A stretch of DNA of 63,202 nucleotides, the filler included, from Octopus bimaculoides (taxonomy: Eukaryota): assembly GCF_001194135.2 (NCBI RefSeq). It is 7 parts of 5 records of this genome, joined end to end, with 100 filler letters (N's around TTAATTAATTAA, not from the genome) between each part and the next. Parts side by side here need not be neighbours in the genome. Positions count along the whole stretch, not along the records: positions 50,917 to 59,754 come from NC_068991.1; positions 59,855 to 63,202 come from NC_068986.1; 5 more parts are not named here. The stretch is one strand, 5' to 3'. Shown in pieces: positions 50,817-63,202 of the stretch. Position 1 is the stretch's first letter. Every line of letters starts with the position of its first letter. The position numbers and the translations under genes were made by a program. The notes beneath the pieces were generated by a model. It ran no database searches and was not told where the DNA came from. It was given only the letters and a program-made list of their open reading frames with translations.

Positions 50817-50916
50817 NNNNNNNNNNNNNNNNNNNNNNNNNNNNNNNNNNNNNNNNNNNNTTAATTAATTAANNNNNNNNNNNNNNNNNNNNNNNNNNNN
50901 NNNNNNNNNNNNNNNN

Positions 50917-51137
50917 ATATTCTTTTACTTGTCATTTGACTGCGGCCATGTTAGAGCATTGCCTTAAAGGGTTTTAGTCGAACAGAGTGATCCTAGGACT
51001 TATTCTTTGTGAGCCTAGTACTTATACTATCGGTCACTTTTGCCGAACCGCTATGTTGGTAAAAACACCAACATCGGCTGTCAAGCGATAATGTGGGGAT
51101 AAAACAGACACACATAAATACACACACACACACACAT

Positions 51138-51169
<32 letters not shown>

Positions 51170-51340
51170 GTGTATATATACATCTAAATATGCGACGGGT
51201 TTATTTCGGTTTCCGTCTACCAAAATTCACTTACAAGGCTTTGGTCGGCCCGAAGCTATAGTAGAAGACACTTACACGGGGCGTCATGCAGTGGGACTGA
51301 ACTTGGAACCATGTGGTTGGGAAGCAAATTTATTACCGCA
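50917..51340 (-). mobile_element. Family-B SINE
   Basis: Reverse-complement homologue of 19489-19890, including the internal microsatellite. Confidence 0.9.
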
Positions 51341-52540
51341 GGATGTATACATTGTGAACAACGCTGTTCCATAAGTGAGACCCCGCTTGTAATACGTCCC
51401 ATACACAAAGCACCAACACATGACTACATTGCAACAGAATTATTTCGCCCCCACTGGCCTTGCCCTATTTCATATAACACCAAATATTACCCAAGGAAAA
51501 TGCTATCATAACGAAACGTTATCTGGACATTTGCAGCAATTGTGTACTGGCATATATGCATGTACATATGTATGCATCTATGGATATATGTAGATATGAC
51601 TTCTTGGATATATGAGTCTGTGATTTCGTATGTGTGTCTGCGCATGTGTGAGAATACGTGACGTGGACTATGAATATTTAATTATGTAGTTACAACTTGA
51701 AGGAATAAATATCAAAATCCGTTTCTTCATTTTCTTCCTCTGTTACACACCCACGAACACAGAGATACACACATATACTCGCATACATACGCACACCACA
51801 TGTACACTCTCTCTATCTCACTCAATCACACTCTTTCTCTTTCTTTCCTTCACCCTTTTTCTTGATATATGTATATACATGCACATACATTGATACATGT
51901 ATATATATATANNNNNNNNNNNNNNNNNNNNNNNNNNNNNNNNNNNNNNNNNNNNNNNNNNNNNNNNNNNNNNNNNNNNNNNNNNNNNNNNNNNNNNNNN
52001 NNNNNNNNNNNNNNNNNNNNNNNNNNNNNNNNNNNNNNNNNNNNNNNNNNNNNNNNNNNNNNNNNNNNNNNNNNNNNNNNNNNNNNNNNNNNNNNNNNNN
52101 NNNNNNNNNNNNNNNNNNNNNNNNNNNNNNNNNNNNNNNNNNNNNNNNNNNNNNNNNNNNNNNNNNNNNNNNNNNNNNNNNNNNNNNNNNNNNNNNNNNN
52201 NNNNNNNNNNNNNNNNNNNNNNNNNNNNNNNNNNNNNNNNNNNNNNNNNNNNNNNNNNNNNNNNNNNNNNNNNNNNNNNNNNNNNNNNNNNNNNNNNNNN
52301 NNNNNNNNNNNNNNNNNNNNNNNNNNNNNNNNNNNNNNNNNNNNNNNNNNNNNNNNNNNNNNNNNNNNNNNNNNNNNNNNNNNNNNNNNNNNNNNNNNNN
52401 NNGTGTATGGGCGTGCATGTGTATATGTGGCATTTTGCGAAGCTTTCTCACTCAGTTGCGTTGTGTCTCTCTCTCTCGTGTTTCGCAGTCCACGCTTATT
52501 TATAAACTATATATCTTGCCCATGTCTCAAGCAGACAGAG

Positions 52541-52547
52541 AAAGAAA

Positions 52548-52613
<66 letters not shown>

Positions 52614-52660
52614 AAGAAAGAAAGAAAGATGAAAATAAAGAAAGAAAGAGAGAAAGAAAG
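52541..52660 (+). repeat. (GAAA)n microsatellite
   Basis: Tetranucleotide run. Confidence 0.95.
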
Positions 52661-52999
52661 CGAGAGTTGATACTACCAGAGAACGATATAAAGTAACTAC
52701 GAGAAAAGAGATTGCATATTGGCGGGAGATGTTGGATGTCTTATCTAAAGCACGGAAAGATTTTATGTCCTTATTATGTCTACATCTGGAGAATCTCAAT
52801 CAGTTATTATTCTGCTTGGCCAAGATTTCGTTCCAGCCTTCCATGAGGATTCTTCGCCCTGCTTTTCCATATTGTTGAACGCCAGTTTTTCACCAATCCG
52901 CTTCTTTATCGCTTCTGCCTCCTCCTCTTCCTTCTCCTCGTGTGTCCTCCTCTTCCAACTCGACGTCGTCGTCCTCCTTTTTTTCTCAAACATTTATTC

Positions 53000-53188
53000 A
53001 TTTATTCGTTCGGCCCCATATGTCTCTCGTTAAGTTCCTTTATTCGTTCCTTCATTCACACATTTTTTCCTTCATGTGATTATTTATTTATTCATGTATT
53101 TGCTTATTTGTTCAGTAACCGTTCGATCGTTCGTTTGTTCAATTTTTTTTCAATCGCATATTTAGTGAAACATTCATCCATATCATCG

Positions 53189-53222
<34 letters not shown>

Positions 53223-53888
53223 TAATCAAGCAAGCAAGCAAGCAATCAGCCATTAGTTCATTCATAGCCATACTTTAATTAGTGCATTTTATTCCTGTAA
53301 TATTTCGTTTCTTCGTTCAAACAATCAGTCACTCATTCGCATAATTGTTCATTCCTCATTTGTGTACTTGTTCATTCATTTGCATATTTGTTCACTCAGT
53401 CTGTCGATCGTTCATTAAGTTTTTTGTTTTTCGTGTATCTATTCAAGCATTTATATGCTTACTCATTTGATCAATCAATCACTCGTTCGTTCTTTCTTCA
53501 TTTCATGCGCTTACTTATTTAAGAATGCATTCGTTTATTTGGTCAGTCAATTAGTTGCTCTCTCGTTCATTCTTTCATCCTTTCATTCAAGCATTCATAT
53601 TTCATTCAAGTAATTCATATTCAAATACTCATTCGAGTTCAAGTATTAAAATGTTCATTCATATTTAAACATTCATTCATTTATCAATCATTCATCAGTC
53701 AGTCGTTCATTCATTCTTTATACGGGAATACAAGTATTCACTCGTTCATTTTTTCAATCAATCAGTTTCTCGTTTGTTGATTTGTTTAATTTTTCCCCAT
53801 TTACACCTTTAGAGAAAAATTCATTCATGCACTCGTTCATTCCGAAAGTCGTTCGCTGTGTATTTAGTCATTCGTTTATTATTCAATA
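53000..53888 (+). repeat. ~0.9-kb decayed (TTCA)n-like array
   Basis: Dense TTCA/ATTC/TTCG/TCAA variants with 4-nt periodicity. Confidence 0.75.
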
Positions 53889-54170
53889 NNNNNNNNNNNN
53901 NNNNNNNNNNNNNNNNNNNNNNNNNNNNNNNNNNNNNNNNNNNNNNNNNNNNNNNNNNNNNNNNNNNNNNNNNNNNNNNNNNNNNNNNNNNNNNNNNNNN
54001 NNNNNNNNNNNNNNNNNNNNNNNNNNNNNNNNNNNNNNNNNNNNNNNNNNNNNNNNNNNNNNNNNNNNNNNNNNNNNNNNNNNNNNNNNNNNNNNNNNNN
54101 NNNNNNNNNNNNNNNTATATATATACTTTAAATAGAGCTCAAAACTGATCCGTTGAAAATACTTTATTAC

Positions 54171-54226
<56 letters not shown>

Positions 54227-54374
54227 AATTGACCTATGAACATTTCGATGGAACATCCAGAATGATTAATAGATATTATAAAATATTATAAAATATTATA
54301 AAATATAGGATGCTCCATCTCCTTGGGGTCCCATTATTATTCCTATTATTATTATTATCATTATTATTATTATT

Positions 54375-54843
54375 GAGGGAGAGAGCTGTGCATGCCATCA
54401 AAGTGAAATTGGGGTAAAATATACGAAGCCCAGTATACCCATCATGACAACCCGTCTGATAAGGGTACACCAGGCACATATATCACAACCATATGTGCGT
54501 GAAATGGTGATCTCACATCAAGATAAACAGCGCATGACTTTGTAGGTAGGCCCCAATTAGAATTTTCTTCAGGTCGGGTAGCCTATCCCGCTCAAAAGGT
54601 CCCTGAATAAGGGTCGTTTAAGGATGCTGAACAAAACAGCCATGTTCCCAGAAGTGAGTTATCCAAACCCCAAAGAATTCCTCTCAACACATGGCTATAA
54701 TGGTCCCCCACTACTTCTGCTCATGATCAGAGATGCACATATCGTCAGCCACTAAGGGACATGCTCAACTAGTTAAGGTCAAGCAACTGACTAGCACATT
54801 TGTGGTATTGAGCAGAATATTTGCTGTAGCCCTTCTTTTATAC
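54375..54843 (-). mobile_element. 5'-truncated TAA-tailed retroposon embedded in (ATT)n
   Basis: Reverse complement of about 17475-17935; ATT runs on both sides (about 54325-54374 and 54844-54884). Confidence 0.88.
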
Positions 54844-54886
<43 letters not shown>

Positions 54887-54991
54887 CACCTCTCCGCCTG
54901 AGCTTGGCATGGAACGACAGGCACTATTCATTTGTCAGTCTCTCTACTAGAAGACTTAGTATGCAGAACCAGGAAAAGTGCTTCCTATCTC

Positions 54992-54992
54992 T

Positions 54993-55025
<33 letters not shown>

Positions 55026-55179
55026 TTGATGATGATAATGATGATAATGATGATAATGATGATGATGGCGATGATGATGCGGAGGAGGAGGAGGAGGGAG
55101 AGGAATAAGGAGGAGATGATGACAACAACGATGACGGCATCGAAGAAGACGACGATGGAAGCTACAATGATGATGACGA

Positions 55180-55213
<34 letters not shown>
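54992..55213 (+). repeat. Compound (ATG)n/(GGA)n/(ACG)n microsatellite
   Basis: Trinucleotide mosaic. Confidence 0.9.
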
Positions 55214-55837
55214 TATAAGTAAACACACGGCAGTAGATAGACTTCAGGTAAAATACTTTTACCTGTTCTTACATGCTTCCTGACACACGTTAGCGTGATG
55301 ACGACGACTTTCAAGTCCATTACACACCGTTCATAGTTGAACATGCCATACTTTCAACTCCAGTACGCTTTACTTCATTATAAGCTTCGTATTAAACACA
55401 CGTATATAGCATCAACAGCGACAGCCATATTCTACATACATACACATACGACGCTGTGTATACACGCCGCACACAGAAATGCATAGACAATCAGGTATAT
55501 ATATATATATATATATATATNNNNNNNNNNNNNNNNNNNNNNNNNNNNNNNNNNNNNNNNNNNNNNNNNNNNNNNNNNNNNNNNNNNNNNNNNNNNNNNN
55601 NNNNNNNNNNNNNNNNNNNNNNNNNNNNNNNNNNNNNNNTATATATGTATAGATATGACTGTATGCTTATAGATGTATGGATGGATATATGCATTGTGTG
55701 TGTATGTGTGCGTGCGTGCGTGCGTGTTTGTGCGTGCGTGCGTGTCTGTGTGTGCGTGCGAGCGTGTGTTACATCTTGCTTGAATAACCGAATGCAATTA
55801 TTTTCCCGTTAGTATTTAATTGTACAATATTAAACGC

Positions 55838-55845
55838 TGTCATCG

Positions 55846-55885
<40 letters not shown>

Positions 55886-55886
55886 T

Positions 55887-55921
<35 letters not shown>

Positions 55922-56165
55922 TATCATTACCACTTTCATCACCAGCCTCACTACCACCAACTACCGTCACCACTATTACTGACCGTATCATCATCATCAT
56001 TATGGTTACCATCACCATCACCACCAGTACCCCCATCACGACCATCTTCATCGTCATCATTGTCATCCTCATCGTTGCCGTAGTCGCCGTTGCCATCGTC
56101 GTCATCATCGTCGTCGTCCTCTGCTGCTTCTTCTTCCTATGCCCTCCTCATCATCATCGTCCTCA
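55838..56165 (+). repeat. Compound (CAT)n/(CAC)/(CGT) microsatellite
   Basis: Trinucleotide mosaic. Confidence 0.9.
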
Positions 56166-57371
56166 TCATGTTCGCGATAAATGTTACCATCATCACCGTA
56201 AATGCCGCTACCTTCAACACTATTATTATTCTTGTAATATAATTGTTATTAATCGTTCTTTTCTATTTTTCCAGCACATCCAAACACATCCGGGATTTCT
56301 TGATATGGCTGCCAGATTGTCTTCTGTGAATGCAGAATTGTACTTGTATACTACTTCATTTTTCCAATGTTGCAGGGGTTTATTGTACAGAATATTGGCG
56401 TTGCCAATTTAAGCCCCTTTTCGGATTGTGCAAAAATAATGCTGTGAGCCCTAACATGGATCGTATATTTTCGTCCATTATTATTATTCTCACCATTTAT
56501 ATTGATCTGGTGAGACAGGTATTATTCTTCTGTCGGTGTCTTTAATGAAAGAGTCAGTATACAGCACTGAGAAAAGTGCTTCTACCCTTTATGAGATAAA
56601 TACTATTGCTTTAACTTTCAAACCCTACATCCCGTTGCTTCCAAGATTCCTATACTCGTATAGACTCTACACTTCTCTTGGATAAAATGCTTTGGTCAAA
56701 GCAGAGGTGATATCTATTAAAGTACGGCCATTTCTTTTTTTCCTGTCATAATTACAATGTGACCCAAAAGTAGGTTTACAGTTATTCAACTATCTCCTTC
56801 GTATCTATATATTAACAGTTTAGATCTTAATTATTAAAAAAATACGAAACCATTATTCTATGCTAATTTAGTTAATTGTAAGATAGACATTGAAATGCAA
56901 TAAAATGTTTTAACAAAAATTTAAAGTGCCTACATGATAACTATAAACCTACTTATAAAAAAATAACTATTGCCCTACTCAGGGCAATAGTTTTTTTATA
57001 TTTCTTTTGCGCTTGCAAAAGACACTAATCATAAGTAAAGTTTCCCTCGGCTTTTTTTAAAAGTATTGTTCTAGTCTCAGTATTGTTACTATTTGGTAGT
57101 TTTCTGTTCATATCTGTATTGGCTTTCATGTAGTGGATTTGGAGATTTGTTATTCTTTCTCGACATTTTCTGTTTAAATTCTTCTTCAATCACTTAACTC
57201 CCGATTTACTCTGTTGAAGCTGTAATGTATACCGTGGGTGACTGGAGTAATTATAACTGTTATCTTATTTCTAGCATTGAATTTTATTTTTCATATTATT
57301 TTCACTCGTCTCTATGCTTATTTCTAAATTTCTCCATTGTTTTTGTATGAAGAAACACATCCATGTCATAC

Positions 57372-57530
57372 GTCTTTGCGTTCTGAGATCAAATTCCGCC
57401 AAGGTAGTTTTTGCCTTTTATCCTTTCGGAGTCGATGAAATAAGTACCAGTGATACACTGGGCTCGATGTAAACGACTGTTGCTCTCCCCATGCACCAAA
57501 AATTTCAGGCCTTGCGCCAATTGCAGAAAG
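57372..57530 (+). mobile_element. 5'-truncated family-A SINE
   Basis: GTTCTGAGATCAAATTCCGCCAAGG..GCCTTTTATCCTTTCGGAGTCGATGAAATAAGTACC. Confidence 0.85.
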
Positions 57531-57629
57531 GATATCACTTGTATGGTCGGTTCCGGTGTAATTCTTTCATTTCAGTGTCTGAATCTAATTTAATATTTTC
57601 AGTTTTGGTTACTTTGCCTCGTCTTTTAG

Positions 57630-57990
57630 TGCTTGCTTTCCTCAGGCTCTCGCTTGATGGGGCTGGCGTCATCTCAGGTTAATGGTCGCAGAGGCGTCAA
57701 CGTGCGTAGAGCTGACCAGGGTTACCAGTGTCCTCCATTGCTAACGGTCCCATGCTAGTCTCTCAGCAGCCTTCAAAATCGAACCTCTGAAGAACTTCCT
57801 TAATCACATCCAGCCATATGGTGCGGAACCTGCCATAGGACACCTTCCAGCCCGCAGCTGCTACGGCGAACGAGAGTGAAGTCCTGATAGGGTGATTTGG
57901 CGGGAGGCAGAGGCCATGTCCGTACCAGCGCATGGATATGTCCGTACCAGCTCATGGATGTTCTGCCTCCCGCCAAATCATCCTACCAGG
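57630..57990 (-). mobile_element. 5'-truncated RTE-type LINE 3' end with a fold-back duplication at the 5' junction
   Basis: RWYGHGLCLPPNHPIRTSLSFAVAAAGWKVSYGRFRTIWLDVIKEVL..(LA)WDR.QWRTLV matches the RWxGH..GRPxxxWxD..AxDRxxWR C-terminus of RTE-like ORFs. Confidence 0.8.
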
Positions 57991-58895
57991 CCTTTAATAT
58001 TTTAGTAGCTTTAACATATTTATCTAATCCCAGATTCATTGTTTTAAGATATTTATTTAATCCCAAATATTAAGATATTAATGAAAATGCCGTGGAGAAA
58101 TAAATCTCCATGAAATGAAATACGGCGGCAAAAAATTGGGGAAGTTACTATCTGCATGCATTAAGGTTCTGTGTAGGTTGCTTTGTTGCCCCGTCATTTG
58201 AGAGTTCTATTAGTTTTGGTTTGTATGTGTATGTTCTGTACTATTAGTTTTGGCTTATTAATCAATGTTATAATTGATCATATTGCTTATTACTGTTTTA
58301 TTGATCTTATTGATCATTCTATTTCGTGTAAAGGCAACCAACGTTTCTTGTTTGTGGTTTTCCGAAAGTAGTTCACCTCTGTACAGTCTCCAATGTCTTA
58401 GGCGCCTGTGCACGACAAAACAATTTTTTTTATGGCTGTTGTAGTAATAAAAATATTAGAAGCAGTAATAATAGTAATAACAGGAGCATCAGCAGTGGCA
58501 GCGGCAGTTAGTAGTAGTAGTAGTAGTAGTAGTAGTCAATTGGAGTTTATATTCTGTTAACGGTGTGCGTCACGCAATTAAGAGACAAAAATCAATGTAC
58601 AGACGTTTGAGGGGTCTCTTAAGTTTCTTTGCATATTTACCGATTTTATACATACATACATACACACACATACATACACACATATATAGATAGATAGGAA
58701 TATACATAGACACAAACGTACACGAATACGTGCATACAAATGCACATACACATACACACACATACATGCATAGGCACATAGATACGCGTTTACGCTTTCA
58801 CCAACATATACACATATGTGTTTGTGTGTGTGTTTGTGTAAGTATGCATGTATGTATGTATGTATATATGTATCTTGGCATGTATGTACGTGTGC

Positions 58896-58931
<36 letters not shown>

Positions 58932-59899
58932 GTCTGTATGACAAGTCGGTGAATTCATAAAGACACACAAGAAAACATGAAGCATCTCTGAAACATTGAT
59001 CCGTCTTATCCCTAGATTGCGTGACATTGTCCTTCTGGCTGGGTGCACAGATCTATTCGCGGCCTATAGCTCCCATATATACGAAATAAAATATCTACAG
59101 CAGCAGGTGCACTACGTCTACCAGGAGATAAATAGGTCAAGTGTGAACGGCGCAAGAGGATGAATATATCTATACGCGACTACATAGACGTCTGCAACAA
59201 TAAGGAAAAAACCTGGTACGTGCTACCGGGTCAAACCGGCACATGAGTGATGGCTATAGTCAATGTGCGTGTATGTGTGTGTATGTGCGTGTGTGTGTAT
59301 AAACGTTTATATATTTGCTTTGCAAGACACCCGATGTGAAATCGTGTGTTGAAATAGATATTGTTATACGTGGGGATGGTTATATTTTGTCAATTAAATA
59401 CTCGTACTATATATATATTTGTTCTTCACTTCAACATTTTTGTTATTGTTTCAATGTCTTAGTTTAAGCTTTTCCATCACACATTTTGTGACCTCATCAA
59501 TGACTCTGTATCCTAGGTGTCTCCTCTAGTTCTACCTATTCTAGAAGCCGAACAAGAGGAGACACTTATGGCAGAGAGTTGATGGAGGACTCACAGAACG
59601 TTTGACGAAAGACCAAATGTATAGTGCGTGTGTTCAATTGGAAAGATATGAACACTCCAAAGTATAACAATAAGTATGCATATATGTATAACAATATACA
59701 TGTATGTTTAACAAAATGTATGTATATATATGACAATATATATATATATATATANNNNNNNNNNNNNNNNNNNNNNNNNNNNNNNNNNNNNNNNNNNNTT
59801 AATTAATTAANNNNNNNNNNNNNNNNNNNNNNNNNNNNNNNNNNNNNNNNNNNNTATATATGTACATACCTACATATGTATATATACATGCATATATAT

Positions 59900-60190
59900 G
59901 GGTACAGGATCTCAAAAAAAGAAACGTGGACACAATGCGAAATGAAAGCATAAAAGCAAAAACATAGAAAACGAACTTTTTATCGAACAACGAAAAAAAA
60001 CCCCAGAAAACCGAGACTTGCAACATAAAGAATATTCCCTTTATCAGTTGTCCCTGTTTCATCTACTCCGCGTTTTGAAGGTAAGGACAATACGCGACTT
60101 CGTTGAAACAGTCCTTCGCGTAAAGCAAGTTAAATAAAATTTGGGATTTTTGCGGAGGGTGAAAGTGGTAACAAAAGCAGGTCAATGAGA
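59900..60190. mobile_element. Probable Penelope-like element terminal fragment
   Basis: A-rich segment with CGCGTTTTGAAGG and a CTGATAAAGG-like motif on the minus strand; assignment by resemblance only. Confidence 0.35.
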
Positions 60191-60202
60191 ACAAGACAGT
60201 AC

Positions 60203-60235
<33 letters not shown>

Positions 60236-60328
60236 TGTATGTATGTATGCATGCATGCATGCATGCATGTATGTATGTATGTATGTATGTATGTATGTAT
60301 GTATGCATGTATACATACATACACACAC

Positions 60329-61455
60329 ATTGGGTCATCTTATAAATAATGCGGGTTTTTTTATACTTCTTTCATTTTGCAATATTGAAATAAAGTTCTT
60401 TTAAATCTAAATTATACTCTTCTTCATTTTCTACAACGCTCTTCCATCTACCTAGTAGACTTGCTAGGCCCTTCTTCCAAAATTCACTTGTACGTGACGA
60501 AAAATATTTCTCCAGTACTGTAATGACCTCGTCTACAGAATTCATATTTTTTCCATCCAAATGATTTTGAACACTTCCGAATAAATGATAATCAGACGGG
60601 GGCAATGTCCGGCAAACTGCTCCAGTGTTTGGGATGTCATTCTCGCTGTATGTGGCTGGACATTATCCTGATGGAAGAACACCTTTTGTCTTGAACCTAA
60701 AGGTGGTCGTTTTTCTTGTAGCGCTGACTTCAGCCGCTCAAGCTGCTCGCAGCAGATCTGCTTTGTTATCGTTTGGTCTGGGTTTAAAAGTTCAAAGTGG
60801 ACTGAACCTTTCATATCCCACCAAACAGATAATAACACCTTACGTGGGTAGAGACCTTCTTTAGCCTGGATGCCCGTGTTTCTCCTTTCCCTACCCACTG
60901 TCTTCGGCACTTGACATTTTTATTGAGAACCCATTTCTCGTCACCAGTCACTATTCGGTTCAAAAAAGGTTCATTCGTGAGACGTGACAGCAAAGAAGAG
61001 CACACATTCACTTTCCGCGCGCGATTAGACTGGGAAAGTTTGTGAGGAGCCCATTGACCCGATTTGCTGACTTTTCCGATGGCATGCAACTGTCGATGAA
61101 TGGTTGAATGGCTAAATCCAAGCTTCTCTAATAGTTCCTCAACAGTTACGATGGGATTTTGTTTCACCAGGGTTTGCAGGACGTCCTCGTCGAGCTCTAC
61201 AAATCTTCCAGGATGAGGCTCGACTTCTAAGATTTAGTTTCTGGTTCAGAATTTCTGGAACCACCGGTGACACTGGCTTACGCTTATTATCCAATATACT
61301 GCATTAATATTCCTCGCACTTGCTCTTGCGTTGTTGCTTTGATTGAACTCATAAAGCAAAATATGCCGAAAATGTTCCTTTGTCATTTCCAGTATAGCTT
61401 TGGAAAAATAACTGCTAAAATCGAAAAGCACTCTTCAAAACTTGCACTAAGAATA
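60329..61455 (-). mobile_element. Near full-length mariner (DD34D-type) transposon with a pseudogenised transposase (ATG at about 61386)
   Basis: MTKEHFRHILLYEF (HTH), WAPHKLS, IVTGDEKW, HQDNVQPH, PDIAPSDYHLF; several frameshifts; TIR-like TTGGGTCATCTTATAAATAATGCGG at 60330; the other end is in a gap. Confidence 0.93.
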
Positions 61456-61734
61456 NNNNNNNNNNNNNNNNNNNNNNNNNNNNNNNNNNNNNNNNNNNNN
61501 NNNNNNNNNNNNNNNNNNNNNNNNNNNNNNNNNNNNNNNNNNNNNNNNNNNNNNNNNNNNNNNNNNNNNNNNNNNNNNNNNNNNNNNNNNNNNNNNNNNN
61601 NNNNNNNNNNNNNNNNNNNNNNNNNNNNNNNNNNNNNNNNNNNNNNNNNNNNNNNNNNNNNNNNNNNNNNNNNNNNNNNNNNNNNNNNNNNNNNNNNNNN
61701 NNNNNNNNNNNNNNNNNNNNNNNNNNNNNNNNNN

Positions 61735-61791
<57 letters not shown>

Positions 61792-62713
61792 AACATACAA
61801 TCGCGCATACATATATACATATAGAAACACACACACAAAAATAAGAATATGCATATACTCATATTTTGAGTTCTATTTTTCCTGTTTGCTTATATACATA
61901 TGTACAGATATGGATTTATAAAGAGAGAAAGAGAAACAAGATTGATAGAGAGAGAAAGAGAGACAGAGATATGAAGTGAAAACCGCTGAAAGCAGATCAT
62001 AAATTAGATGAACAGATTAGGTTGTTTGTTGAAATGAAGTAAACCTGACAACGATCCGCTCTTTTTTAAAAAACCGCGCTTGTAGGAGTATACGAAAAAC
62101 ATGCATACATACATACACATTTACATATATGGGCACAAATGTCCCTTGCCTGCAAGGAAAGAACTAACATTCCTTACTCTAAGCAACTAAATTAACTTCG
62201 AGAGATTAATTCTTAATTTCCTGAAATTATCTCCTCTTGCCTTTGTGTGTATCTAACAATTGCCGTTAGGTGTTTTTTGTTTCCTACATCCTATTAAGAA
62301 GTGAGTATTAATAAAGTGGGATCTTTTTTTCTACGTAGCATCGAGTGCACCACACTTTTATTTTAATATCTGGATTTACGCCGTTAGCTCTTTGTCTTTA
62401 CTGCATTATATTTTAGCACACACACACACACACGTATACAAACATACACACACATAANNNNNNNNNNNNNNNNNNNNNNNNNNNNNNNNNNNNNNNNNNN
62501 NNNNNNNNNNNNNNNNNNNNNNNNNNNNNNNNNNNNNNNNNNNNNNNNNNNNNNNNNATGTATGTATGTATGTATGTATATATGTATGTATGTATGTATG
62601 TATTCATATATGTGAATGAAAATGATAAAAGGCTAGTATGTGATCAGCAAAGACAAATATGGGTTGCTCACTTTTATGCCATCAGCCACTCTGAGATATA
62701 TTTCATAGCATAC

Positions 62714-63089
62714 TTTAGTTTCATTTATGCAAAGTCCTTAGAACATCTCTGCAGGAAATAACATTGGACAGCTGGTGTGCTGATGATGCATACTGAGTAA
62801 GAAACACACGTCTGCACGTGTTCTTTTGTCACTAGATTGTCAGACTGTCATTTCCTAACTGGTATGTCAATTTTGGAGTATTTTTTAACCTTGAAATTAT
62901 CCAGACTACATATGTTTCATAGCAAGCGGAACATCGGAAGTGGTAAATATCCAAGTGAGGGGTATACCGCAGGCTATCTTCAGGTCAAGGATATCCTGAT
63001 TAATTGAAAGTTTCCATTTAGTTTCATTTATTCAAATTCCCTAGAACAACTCTGCAGGGGATAACGTTGGACAGCTGCCGTGCTGATGA
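62714..63089 (+). repeat. Pair of ~73-bp direct repeats (62714-62786, 63017-63089)
   Basis: TTTAGTTTCATTTAT.CAAA.TCC.TAGAACA.CTCTGCAGG..ATAAC.TTGGACAGCTG..GTGCTGATGA. Confidence 0.85.
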
Positions 63090-63202
63090 CATAAATACAT
63101 ACATACATGCATGCATACATACATACATACATACATACATACATACACAATACATACATACATATACATACATGCATACATATATACATATATATATATA
63201 TA

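Noticed and set aside
52776-53033. Acidic/charged ORFs on both strands (EEKEEEEAEAIKKRIGEKL...)
   Set aside because: Driven by a CCT/CTT-rich low-complexity patch; no convincing splice sites or homology.
54992-56165. (ATG)n block facing a (CAT)n block as a designed large hairpin
   Set aside because: Both repeat types are common here; the arrangement is compatible with chance.
56276-56508. Strong acceptor (TTTCTATTTTTCCAG) and donor-like (CTG|GTGAGA) pair
   Set aside because: All three frames contain stops; could be non-coding but unsupported without RNA data.
60035-60085. Possible permuted hammerhead core on the minus strand (CCTTC-AAAA-CGCG...CTGATAA-AGG)
   Set aside because: Both core motifs are mutated and there is no NUH triplet or clear stem I; a single copy cannot be reconstructed.

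Overview
63-kb AT-rich, gap-ridden eukaryotic scaffold segment, almost certainly from an octopus (inferred from the style of the C2H2 protein, the abundant tRNA-derived SINE families and the microsatellite load; not database-checked). One intact protein-coding sequence is supportable: a minus-strand 537-aa tandem C2H2 zinc-finger ORF (24801-26414; 18 finger units, one dead). A decayed partial tandem duplicate of its last six fingers lies about 1.6 kb downstream. Everything else recognisable is transposon-derived or simple repeat: a same-strand stack of R4/Dong-clade LINE 3' fragments separated by (TAA)n, two tRNA-SINE families, a non-coding ~550-bp TAA-tailed retroposon, hAT, mariner, Tc1-like and RTE remnants, a Helitron-like 5' end, several fold-back elements, and many microsatellites that flank N-gaps. 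The most interesting signals concern retroposon mechanics: SINE target-site duplications starting at the palindrome AATATT (used on both strands at one site), repeated SINE-into-SINE insertion at the same position, a reconstructable minimal hammerhead ribozyme in a 150-bp Penelope-like mini-element, a possible R4-mobilised SINE, and a hairpin element carrying telomeric repeats. No prokaryote-type system, CRISPR array, rRNA or genuine tRNA gene was seen. Most long ORFs in the track are microsatellite or N-gap artefacts.
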